Source: Promethearchaeota archaeon (lineage in GTDB: Archaea; Asgardarchaeota; Lokiarchaeia; Sigyniarchaeales; SOKP01). Taken from it: a stretch of DNA of 19,216 bases. Made by a program: the position numbers and the translations under genes. The notes beneath the pieces were generated by a model that saw only the letters and a program-made list of their open reading frames with translations, ran no database searches and was not told the DNA's origin. Shown piece after piece: positions 9,377 through 18,438 of this stretch. Position 1 is the stretch's first letter. Each line of letters opens with the position of its first letter. The stretch spans positions 1-19,216 of the forward strand of contig RDOE01000059.1 in NCBI GenBank assembly GCA_011364975.1. The letters run 5' to 3'.

Positions 9377-10777
9377 TTAAACCGTACCATCCCAGCAATA
9401 GGTACAAAGTTTTTCTTTTGGTAACCCTATAGCTTTAACCAAATCTTCAAGTTTTTGATATTTTAAAGAGGTAAGATATAATTTTTTTCTAATTATTTCT
9501 ACCATAGATTTATAATTTTCAGATTCAGGATTGATATACTCAGATGGATCATCAATATTTTTTCCTATGAGTTCTTTAATTGCCCATCTTCCTGCTAAAT
9601 CTAATTCAGATCTCGATTGTGAGAAATTGAGAAACTTACAACTGTAAATTAAGGGTGGACATGCAGGACGCATATGAACTTCTTTTGCTCCTCTTTCATA
9701 TAATCCTTTAACGGTATCCTTCAATTGCGTTCCTCTAACAATTGAATCATCACAAAACAAAATCTTTTTTCCTTCAATTAATTCTTGAATTGGGATGAGC
9801 TTCATCCGTGCGACTTCATCACGGGTTTTTTGATCTTGAGGCATGAATGAACGGGGCCATGTAGGAGTATATTTAACAAATGGGCGTGAGAATGGGACAT
9901 TAACTTCATTTGCATACCCCAATCCATGCCCTATACCTGAATCTGGAATTCCCGCGATTAGATCGATATCTACATTATCATTTGTTGCTAAATGAGCACC
10001 ACATCTATATCTTACTATTTCTACGTTTACATTTTCGTAACTCGATGCGGGATATCCATAATATACCCATAAAAAAGCACATATTTGTAAACGTTCACCA
10101 GCTGGGATTTTTTGTTCAATCCCCTCTTTACTTACAAATACTACTTCTCCTGGTCCAAGATATTTTTCGATCTGATAACCTAAATTAGGAAAGGCACAAG
10201 TTTCCATGGTTATGGCATAATACCCTTCTTTCTTTCCTAAAATGAGTGGTGTTCTCCCTAGCTTATCTCGAACTGCATAAATTCCTTCATTGGTTAAGAT
10301 AAGCATCGTACATGAACCATCAATACATTGATTGACTTTTTTAATTCCTTGTTCAAAGGTAGAGCATTGCGAGATCAACGTTGCTATCATTTCTGTGGGG
10401 CTTATTTCTCCACCATGCATCTCTGAGAAATGAGATCCATTACTTAATGCTTCTTTTGCTAATAATTCTAAATTATTAATTTTACCAACAGTTGCTATAG
10501 CAAAAACGCCTAAATGTGAATTTATAATAAGCGGTTGATCATCAAGATCACTAATAACACCAATACCTTTATCTCCATGCATCTTTTTTATATCTCGATC
10601 AAATTTTGATCTAAATTGGCTAGTAGTAATATCTTTAATGAATCGCTGGAAACCCCCGGAATTCTTCACTGCCAATCCGCCTCTTCTGGTTCCTAAATGT
10701 GAATGATAATCTGTTCCAAAAAACAGGTCTTTTACACAATCAGAACTTATAGAAACAACTCCGAATAAACCACCCAT
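9377..10777 (-). CDS. purF: Amidophosphoribosyltransferase paralogue lacking the glutaminase nucleophile
   Basis: The PRTase half is conserved (GIPDSG, DDSIVRGTQ, RPACPP, CTYCW). The protein starts MGGLFG with no Cys1 and lacks QHRG and GHxRY. AGTGA SD 7 nt upstream. Confidence 0.85.
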   Translation of the reverse strand: MGGLFGVVSISSDCVKDLFFGTDYHSHLGTRRGGLAVKNSGGFQRFIKDITTSQFRSKFDRDIKKMHGDKGIGVISDLDDQPLIINSHLGVFAIATVGKINNLELLAKEALSNGSHFSEMHGGEISPTEMIATLISQCSTFEQGIKKVNQCIDGSCTMLILTNEGIYAVRDKLGRTPLILGKKEGYYAITMETCAFPNLGYQIEKYLGPGEVVFVSKEGIEQKIPAGERLQICAFLWVYYGYPASSYENVNVEIVRYRCGAHLATNDNVDIDLIAGIPDSGIGHGLGYANEVNVPFSRPFVKYTPTWPRSFMPQDQKTRDEVARMKLIPIQELIEGKKILFCDDSIVRGTQLKDTVKGLYERGAKEVHMRPACPPLIYSCKFLNFSQSRSELDLAGRWAIKELIGKNIDDPSEYINPESENYKSMVEIIRKKLYLTSLKYQKLEDLVKAIGLPKEKLCTYCWDGTV

Positions 10778-11150
10778 TACTTCATCACTATATATTTACT
10801 TTATATTACTGCTATTAAAGTAATTTATTAATCTAATAAGATTTTAAATAGTCTAAAATGACTTAGAATAAATGGGAATTATGAATAAATTAGAATTGAT
10901 AAAATATTCTATTACTTTTTTACATTTATTTATAAAAATCCTTATTACATTAATCTTGTTTTTTCTAGCTTATTCTGGATGATTTTCAGTTGCCGTAATC
11001 CCTTTATCCGTGAATAATGAATTGAAATCCTCATTGCGAATTTTTAAATTATAAGGCAAAATTTTAGATTTATGATTATACCTTTCAAATTAAGTTAACA
11101 ATAAGAAGATCTATTAAGATATTAATGAGATATTATTTAAAAAAAATCAA

Positions 11151-11165
11151 AGGTGTTTTAAAATA
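11151..11165 (+). promoter_or_regulatory. Shine-Dalgarno motif plus non-canonical ATA start of gapN
   Basis: AGGTG-ttttaaa-ATA. No ATG/GTG/TTG occurs in frame between TAA 11115-11117 and TTG 11403. Confidence 0.7.
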
Positions 11166-12662
11166 GTAAAAAAGTTAGATGATTCAATACTAAGGGATGG
11201 ACTTAATTATAAATACTATATTAATGGTGAGTGGCAAGACTCTAAATCGGGTAAAGTAATTCCAGTAAATAATCCTTACGACAATGCACTTGTTGGGAAC
11301 GTACAAGCTTGTACTAAACAAGAAGCTGAAGATATAATCAAGGTTGCACGTGAAAATATCGCTTGTTGGGTTGATACCCCCCAAAGAACTCGAGCAGAGA
11401 TTTTGTTAAGAGCAGCAAAGTTAATGCGAGAATGGGCTGAACCGTTAGGCTCAATTTTAATGAAGGAGATTGGTAAACCATTAAAGAGTGCTATTTCAGA
11501 AATTTCGAGAACAGCTGATATCTTTGAAGCTACCTCAGAAGCAGGGTCCCAAATAGAAGGTGAATCAATGTTTGGGGATGTTTTTAAGGGATTTACCCGT
11601 GATAAAGTATCCTTAACATCAAGAGTTCCATTAGGAGTAATTCTTTGTATTGGTCCATTCAATTATCCTTTTAATCTCACAGGATCAAAAATAGCCCCCG
11701 CATTAATGGCGGGAAATACTGTAATAGTAAAACCACCTTCCCAAGGTGCAATTACTCCGTTATATTATGGTATAATTTTAGAGGAAGCAGGGGTACCACC
11801 AGGCGTATTTAACATTATTACTGGCCGTGGTTCAGAATTAGGCGATTATTTAGTAAGTCATCCTGGAATCGATATGGTGAGCTTCACAGGATCTTCAGAT
11901 ACTGGTAAACATATTGCTCAAGTTGCAGGTATGAAACCATTATTGTTTGAATTAGGAGGTAAAGATGCCGCGATCGTTTTGGATGATGCTGATTTAGAAA
12001 AAACTGTAGATGCTATAGTGAGTGGGGCCTTTTCTTATAGTGGTCAAAGATGCACGGCCGTAAAAAGAGTATTACCTATGCCGGGAATAGCCGATAAATT
12101 AATTCAAAAAGTGAAAGAAAAAACACTTCTTATAAGTATTGGTGATCCTGCTGAAAACAAAACGATTGGTCCGCTTATTAATTCCAAACAGTGTGATTAT
12201 GTTCAGGAGTTAATTGATGATGCTGTTAACAAGGGAGCTAAAATATTATGTGGAAATAAACGAGAAGGAAATATATTATGGCCAACAATCTTAGATAATG
12301 TTACTACGAATATGAGAGTTGCATGGGAAGAACCTTTTGGACCCGTTCTACCTTTTATCCGTATAAGAAGTGCAGAAGAAGCTATTGAAATTTCTAATAA
12401 GTCACAATATGGCTTACAAGGAATGATTTTTACTGAAAATATTGATCTAGCATTTAATATAGCACAAGAATTAGAAGTAGGTACGGTACAAATCAACGGA
12501 AAAAGTGAACGTGGACCCGATCATTTTCCTTTCTTAGGAACTAAATCATCAGGATTAGGAACCCAAGGGATTAAATACTCAATTGAGGCAATGAGTCGCC
12601 CTAAAGTTGTAGTATTAAATTTATCTGAAAAAGGAAAATTAGTAAAAGATTGTAAATATTAA
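11163..12662 (+). CDS. gapN: Non-phosphorylating NADP-dependent glyceraldehyde-3-phosphate dehydrogenase (ALDH superfamily); predicted ATA start
   Basis: Motifs PFNYPFNL-x2-SKIAPAL, KPPSQG, ELGGKDA, FSYSGQRCTAVKR, WEEPFGPVLP and RGPDHFPFLG. The upstream in-frame extension has the ALDH N-terminus YYINGEWQDSKSGKVIPVNNPYD. Total length 499 aa. Confidence 0.9.
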   Translation: MVKKLDDSILRDGLNYKYYINGEWQDSKSGKVIPVNNPYDNALVGNVQACTKQEAEDIIKVARENIACWVDTPQRTRAEILLRAAKLMREWAEPLGSILMKEIGKPLKSAISEISRTADIFEATSEAGSQIEGESMFGDVFKGFTRDKVSLTSRVPLGVILCIGPFNYPFNLTGSKIAPALMAGNTVIVKPPSQGAITPLYYGIILEEAGVPPGVFNIITGRGSELGDYLVSHPGIDMVSFTGSSDTGKHIAQVAGMKPLLFELGGKDAAIVLDDADLEKTVDAIVSGAFSYSGQRCTAVKRVLPMPGIADKLIQKVKEKTLLISIGDPAENKTIGPLINSKQCDYVQELIDDAVNKGAKILCGNKREGNILWPTILDNVTTNMRVAWEEPFGPVLPFIRIRSAEEAIEISNKSQYGLQGMIFTENIDLAFNIAQELEVGTVQINGKSERGPDHFPFLGTKSSGLGTQGIKYSIEAMSRPKVVVLNLSEKGKLVKDCKY

Positions 12663-12668
12663 TTTTTC

Positions 12669-13748
12669 TTAAGTACTAGGTATAATTTCTCTCTCATACC
12701 TTACCATTTTTATAGCATCTTCGGGACAAGTTATGTCACACAATCCACACCCACCACAATTTTCAGGAATTATTTGTGCAGTCTCATTTAGAAATATTGC
12801 TTTAAATTTGCATCGTTCTAAACAAGTTCCACATGCTGCACATAACTCTTTATCTATTTCTGATAAATAATTTGCTCTTGCTATCGCTCTGGGATTATCC
12901 AGTTTAGTTAAACCCTTCAACATTCCACAACAGCATTCACAACAAGCACATAGGATAGTACAATTTTCAGCTCGATTATCAGTACAGTGCACTAATCCAA
13001 TTTCTGCTGCTTCTTTAGTAAGGACTTTCACTTGGTCTTTATCAATTCCTTTAATTATAGGATCTCCCATTTCTAACACTGCTTTAGCATATGGTCCAAA
13101 TAAAATACAATTATGTATTGGGTACTTATCTTTGCATTCTCTAATTTCCTCTACCTCCGCTCTCATTCTACATGGACATGGAATTACCGCAAAGTCATCC
13201 CATTTATCAATTACACTATATACTTCTTCAATAGGTATTATCTCTCTACTAGGCTCAATTTCTTCACTAACTGTAAGTACTCTAAATCTCGGAGTACCTT
13301 TTCTGTCATTTTGCCAAGTTTTATAATAGTCCTCTTTTTCATAAAAATATCTACTTAATTTAGCAAATTTAATAGCATCTTCTTTATGAGATTCATAATT
13401 CTCTTTTAGAATAAAAGGCATATCATAAATGAACAAAGGCATAGGTTGAGAATATTGTTTTCCTAATTTGAGAATAAATCCCCTTCTTGCTGGTTCTTCT
13501 AGTAATTTAATTAATTCATTTTTATCAAAATTAAGGTTTTTGGCCAGTTTTACAATTGAAATGGTCTCAGGAAAAACTGGTAAGTGTTTTACAATCTCAG
13601 CAATCTCGGGATTATACATTATACTTAAATATTTAAGATAAGTATCTGTAGGTTCTCCATTAGCATCCTTTGGATAAGATTGAGATTTTCTCTCTAATTT
13701 TTTAGCGATAGTTATTAAATTCTTTTTATGATCTTCAGATCTAATCAT
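12669..13748 (-). CDS. Cys-rich 4Fe-4S dicluster-domain protein
   Basis: PCPCR, LCACCECCCG, then CAACGTCLERC and CGGCGLCDITCP ferredoxin motifs. AAGTGA lies 5 nt before ATG 13748. Confidence 0.85.
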   Translation of the reverse strand: MIRSEDHKKNLITIAKKLERKSQSYPKDANGEPTDTYLKYLSIMYNPEIAEIVKHLPVFPETISIVKLAKNLNFDKNELIKLLEEPARRGFILKLGKQYSQPMPLFIYDMPFILKENYESHKEDAIKFAKLSRYFYEKEDYYKTWQNDRKGTPRFRVLTVSEEIEPSREIIPIEEVYSVIDKWDDFAVIPCPCRMRAEVEEIRECKDKYPIHNCILFGPYAKAVLEMGDPIIKGIDKDQVKVLTKEAAEIGLVHCTDNRAENCTILCACCECCCGMLKGLTKLDNPRAIARANYLSEIDKELCAACGTCLERCKFKAIFLNETAQIIPENCGGCGLCDITCPEDAIKMVRYEREIIPST

Positions 13749-13795
13749 AATCTTCACTTTCAATACATTATTTATTAACTTTAATAGTTTGGAAT

Positions 13796-16198
13796 TTACA
13801 ATTTGTTGTAGTTAAATATTCCACCAATTAATTGTCCTATACTTATTCCAGCATCGCCAGCAGGAATTAAATTATGTTCTAAAAAGGTACATCCATTTTT
13901 TATTACTTCTTGCTTGATGGTATTTGAAAATGAGTAATTGTAAGCTGTCCCTCCTGATAATCCAATCTTTTTTACATTATTTTCTTTTGCTGCCTTAATA
14001 GCTAGTAATGCAAAAGATTTAGCAAGCTCTATTTGAAATTTAGCGGCTATATCTTGTTTTTTATAATTATTAATTTTGAGAAGGTCTAATATATCCAAAA
14101 TTAATTTTGATGTATCTATAATAAAATAACCATCTTTATTATCACTTTGAATCTTAAGAGGTATATTATCTGGGTTACCAAGTGATGCAAAACCCTCTAA
14201 TCTCATTGCAGGTTCTCCTTGATAAGATTTAAAATCTGTAACTCCCAGTAAGTAAGAAACGGTATCAAAAATTCTGCCTGTTGAACTTGAGATAGGTATG
14301 TTCTGGTTAGGAAATATATTATTTGAGTTTTTATACTGTGAAATAATAGTAGACAACTCAACCTCTGCATATTCCAAATGTGAGTCAAGGTTAAGTTGAT
14401 CGAAAATATTTTTTGCCTCTTCAATACCAACAGTATTCAATATTATAGAAGCAGCCATTCGAGCAGGATATTTCGTACATCTATCACCTCCTATCATTGG
14501 TTGATATTTTAAATGCCCTAATCGTTGATAATCTTTATAAGTAGCGAGAAAAAGTTCTCCTCCCCATACATTCCCATCATCTCCGTAACCTACACCATCA
14601 GTACATATTGAAATTATACTTTCTTCCTTTCTTACTTTATTTTCTGCCATTAAGGAGAGGGTATGAGCAAAATGGTGTTGTATTTGGTATAATTCAATAC
14701 CATATTGAGAGCTTAACTCTTTTGCTAGCATGGTTGTAGTAAAACCAGGGTGTAGATCACATGCAATAAACTCTACTTCATCATCTTTAATTTGTAACAA
14801 ATTTTTTAAATGAAACAATGCATCTTTTAAAAATTCATAAATCTCCAGATTATTAACATTTCCAATATGTTGAGTTGGAAAAATTCTACTTCTTCTTAAA
14901 ACAGCTCCAGTCACTGTTAATTCTGGACCAACTGCTAAAGCAGCAGGAGTTTTTACCTCAAAGGGTAATGGTAAATATTCTGGAACATATCCTCTCGATC
15001 TTCTAATCAACTTTATAATGTCATTATGCATTCTCAGTACACTATCATCTGCTCTCTGATATATAGGTCTATTATGGAGCAGAAAATAATCAGCAAGATT
15101 TTCAAGTTGACTAAAAATAACTCCATTATCAATACCCATAGGTAAATTTGAGGGATTACCGCTGGTGTAAATTAATGGCTTTCTTCCAACAAAATCAAAA
15201 AGAAGATAATGAATCCCTGAATACGGTAGCATTATACCTATATTATTTAATCCTGGAGCAATGTATTCACTAAAAAGAGATTGATTAAAGGAGTTCTTTT
15301 TTTCCAACAAAACAATTGGTTTTCTGAAAGAATTGAGCATGTCTCTTTCTTTCTCTGATATGTAGAAATAATCTTCAATAAATTTTATATCAGGAACCAT
15401 TACAGCAAAAGGTTTATTCTTTCGCTCGCCTTTTCTTTGCCTAAGCTTTAAAATTATATTATCATCATCAGCAAGACAAACCAAATGTACTCCTCCTATC
15501 CCTTTGATAGCAAGAATACCTCCACTATTTACTATTTTTGAGGATTTTCCTAAAATCTCTTTAATTGAGCTATATTCAATAATATTTTTGAATTTATCAT
15601 AAAGGGTATAATTCGGGCCGCAAACATCACAAGCAAACGTTTGTGCATGAAAACGTCGATTATTGAAATTGGAATATTCTTCAATACAAGATTCTGGTAT
15701 TGCTTGTTTACAAAAAGGAAATTGAGCCATGGTTGTTCGCTCTCTGTCGTAAGGTAACTCTTTAACCGTAGTAAATCTAGGGCCACATACTGCGCAAGCG
15801 ATAAAAGGATAATTGTAATATTTCTTTAAATGTTTATTCCTCATATCTTTAATACAATCTTCACAAATGCCAATATCTGGTGGTAATGATAAACTTATAC
15901 CCCTTCCTTCTTCGCTTTTTTTAATTTCTAAATCATTATACTTAATTTTTGATTCTAAATGTTTAATATCAATATTTTCAATAAAAGCTATTTTCAGCGT
16001 TCTCGTTTTTATATTATCTATAAAACTATCAATATTTTCAGATTCTCCTTGAAGTAATAATCTAACGCCGGCATTACCTCTATTAAGCAGATATCCTTTT
16101 AATTTAAATTCCCGAGCTAAATTAAATAAAAAAGGCCTAAATCCAACTCCTTGGACAATCCCCGTAATGTTAATTTCTATAGTTTGAATCTTATCCAT
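13796..16198 (-). CDS. hypF: [NiFe]-hydrogenase maturation carbamoyltransferase
   Basis: 800 aa. Acylphosphatase motif GIVQGVGFRPF, zinc fingers (CEDC/CAVCGPRF, RRFHAQTFACDVCGP), KGIGGVHL, QHHFAH, DGVGYGDDGNVWGGE and PAGDAGISIGQ. Confidence 0.97.
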   Translation of the reverse strand: MDKIQTIEINITGIVQGVGFRPFLFNLAREFKLKGYLLNRGNAGVRLLLQGESENIDSFIDNIKTRTLKIAFIENIDIKHLESKIKYNDLEIKKSEEGRGISLSLPPDIGICEDCIKDMRNKHLKKYYNYPFIACAVCGPRFTTVKELPYDRERTTMAQFPFCKQAIPESCIEEYSNFNNRRFHAQTFACDVCGPNYTLYDKFKNIIEYSSIKEILGKSSKIVNSGGILAIKGIGGVHLVCLADDDNIILKLRQRKGERKNKPFAVMVPDIKFIEDYFYISEKERDMLNSFRKPIVLLEKKNSFNQSLFSEYIAPGLNNIGIMLPYSGIHYLLFDFVGRKPLIYTSGNPSNLPMGIDNGVIFSQLENLADYFLLHNRPIYQRADDSVLRMHNDIIKLIRRSRGYVPEYLPLPFEVKTPAALAVGPELTVTGAVLRRSRIFPTQHIGNVNNLEIYEFLKDALFHLKNLLQIKDDEVEFIACDLHPGFTTTMLAKELSSQYGIELYQIQHHFAHTLSLMAENKVRKEESIISICTDGVGYGDDGNVWGGELFLATYKDYQRLGHLKYQPMIGGDRCTKYPARMAASIILNTVGIEEAKNIFDQLNLDSHLEYAEVELSTIISQYKNSNNIFPNQNIPISSSTGRIFDTVSYLLGVTDFKSYQGEPAMRLEGFASLGNPDNIPLKIQSDNKDGYFIIDTSKLILDILDLLKINNYKKQDIAAKFQIELAKSFALLAIKAAKENNVKKIGLSGGTAYNYSFSNTIKQEVIKNGCTFLEHNLIPAGDAGISIGQLIGGIFNYNKL

Positions 16199-16396
16199 CT
16201 ACGCGTATAGAAGAATCTGAATTTAATAAGGATAATTGTTATTCCAAATAAAAGATTGTTTTTAATAGAATTTTATCCATTTAAAAATTTATATATTCAT
16301 AAGATAGACTAGGCTAATAATAAGATAAAGAATGGATGGATAGGATTATAATTACAATTATATCATTTTCTTGAGAATTTTAAATCTTTCTAATCC

Positions 16397-17023
16397 TTAG
16401 ATCAATTCAAGTGGAAATAAAATAGCTAGTATAATACCTACTAATGTAGAGAGTATAAATCCTATTAGATATAAACTACCAAAAATTTTAAGATTTCTAT
16501 CCTTATTTTTTATTCCGTGAAAGGTAATAAAAATATAACAGCCAAATATAATTATTGAACCTCCATATGAGAAAGGTAATAGTAAATTCGAAAAAATACC
16601 GATAGGGATATATATTAACGAGATAGTTATTATCGATAACCCGTAACCAATAATCCCCAAAATTCCAGATATTTTCAAATAAAATCCAAATTCTTTCTGA
16701 TTCACTCTTCCAAAATTGAACATTAATACCCCAAAAGTTATAATATAGGGAAATAACCCAAATAATCCTCTAATTGATATATAATAAATATCATTTATTA
16801 TATCATGCATAATTGACCATGGGCCTCTATCACGTAAAGGAATGAGAAATAAATTCACTATTATGAAGATTATATTAATTATTGCTATTAATTTTAATTT
16901 ATTTGGAATTTGATAATTCTCTACATTCTTCTTGCTAGCTAACAATAAAATAAAATTAGCTATTAGGTAAATAACTGAATATATAATAATTATAATATAT
17001 TCTTGGAGTATAGTTTCTATTAT
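16397..17023 (-). CDS. Hypothetical multi-pass membrane protein (~208 aa); predicted ATA start
   Basis: The hydrophobic ORF extends upstream of TTG 16945 by another TM helix (IETILQEYIIIIIYSVIYLIANFIL) to TAA 17036-17038. AGGCGA lies 7 nt before ATA 17023. Confidence 0.7.
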   Translation of the reverse strand: MIETILQEYIIIIIYSVIYLIANFILLLASKKNVENYQIPNKLKLIAIINIIFIIVNLFLIPLRDRGPWSIMHDIINDIYYISIRGLFGLFPYIITFGVLMFNFGRVNQKEFGFYLKISGILGIIGYGLSIITISLIYIPIGIFSNLLLPFSYGGSIIIFGCYIFITFHGIKNKDRNLKIFGSLYLIGFILSTLVGIILAILFPLELI

Positions 17024-17154
17024 GAGTTCTTCGCCTTAATTGGATGATTTAGATATGACTAGTTTTGTCCAAATTTATTTAAAGCTTTTCTTCATAGCAT
17101 TAATTTTTTTATATATTTCTATATGTCATAATAACGTGAATTTATATCAAAACT

Positions 17155-18438
17155 CTAAGATATTCGCTCTGTTTCTTGAGTTTTGTCCAAATTTAATATT
17201 CTTTTTGAAATAGATAATGCGCAAAATTTTCCGCACATTGTACATGTATTTTCATCAATTGGATGTCTTTTTTGAGCTTCTTCGGGATCAATACTGTACT
17301 CAAACGATTTTTGCCAATTTTTAAGAAATCTCTGGCGAGACAGGTTTAAATCTTTATCAAAAGATCTATTTAAGCCAAATTTTATCGAATCTCCAACATG
17401 AGCCGCAATTTTGTAAGCAATTAATCCCTCTTTAATATCTTCTACAGAAGGTAAAGAAAGATGTTCGGCAGGTGTGATCATACACAAATAATCTGCTCCA
17501 TAACCTGAAGCAAGAGCACCACCTATAGCTGCTGCAATATGATCATGTCCCACCCCAATTTCTGTAGGTAAAGGTCCGGCAACAAACAAGGGGCGCTTAT
17601 TTGATATTTTTTTATAAATTCTAATCCATTTACTTAAATCTCGAGCATTAACATGCCCGCCTAAGCCTTCAATAATTATTTGAATTCCTTGTTTGTTTGC
17701 TCTTTTTGCGAGTGTCGAATTAATTTTTAATTCTGAAATCTGAAGATCGTCTAATTTATCATGAATGCAACCACTTCTCATTGAATTTCCTAAATTAATA
17801 ACTATATCCTTTTCTTTCACCATTTCCAGGATGTAGTCAAAATTTTTCATGAAAGGATTTTCAATTGAATTTTCAACCATTATAGAAGCTGTAAAGGTAC
17901 CTCCTTTGGAAACCATACCCATAATTCTTTTTCCTTTCAGCTTATGTAGATCATTAAGATTGACTGCAGCATGTAAAACAATAGAGCTAATACCATCATT
18001 TATTTGCTTTTGGATAGTACTTAAAATCTGGTCCTCCGAAATATTAATTGTAGAACTAGCTTCAGCAACTACTTGATAAATCGGCACTGTTGTAACAGGG
18101 AGTAAGGATTCCTGCAAAATCTTTTTCCTAATAAAGTCTATATCACCCCCCATTGAAAGATCTGATATAGTATGAGCACCGTATTTTTGAGCGATTTTTA
18201 CCTTTTCAAGCTCTTCATTTATATCTACTTTTGAATCTGAAGTGCCAAGGTTAACATTAATTTTAGTCGTAAATACAGATCCTATTCCAATAGGATCACA
18301 ATTTGGTCTTGTCATTATAATAGCATGACCCTTGATGATTCGTTTCATTAATTTGTTTCTATCGATATTTTCTAAGTTAGCTAGCCTAATTATCTCTTCC
18401 CTTACTTTCCCATTTAATGTATCTTTTAAGATTGTCAT
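17155..18438 (-). CDS. thiC: ThiC-family radical SAM enzyme (phosphomethylpyrimidine synthase or Bza-like paralogue)
   Basis: 427 aa (short archaeal/anaerobe form). Motifs TKINVNLGTS, DLSMGG, TVPIYQ, DHI, TPAEHL, AAHVGD and C-terminal CTMCGKFC. Several active-site motifs are divergent. Confidence 0.75.
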   Translation of the reverse strand: MTILKDTLNGKVREEIIRLANLENIDRNKLMKRIIKGHAIIMTRPNCDPIGIGSVFTTKINVNLGTSDSKVDINEELEKVKIAQKYGAHTISDLSMGGDIDFIRKKILQESLLPVTTVPIYQVVAEASSTINISEDQILSTIQKQINDGISSIVLHAAVNLNDLHKLKGKRIMGMVSKGGTFTASIMVENSIENPFMKNFDYILEMVKEKDIVINLGNSMRSGCIHDKLDDLQISELKINSTLAKRANKQGIQIIIEGLGGHVNARDLSKWIRIYKKISNKRPLFVAGPLPTEIGVGHDHIAAAIGGALASGYGADYLCMITPAEHLSLPSVEDIKEGLIAYKIAAHVGDSIKFGLNRSFDKDLNLSRQRFLKNWQKSFEYSIDPEEAQKRHPIDENTCTMCGKFCALSISKRILNLDKTQETERIS

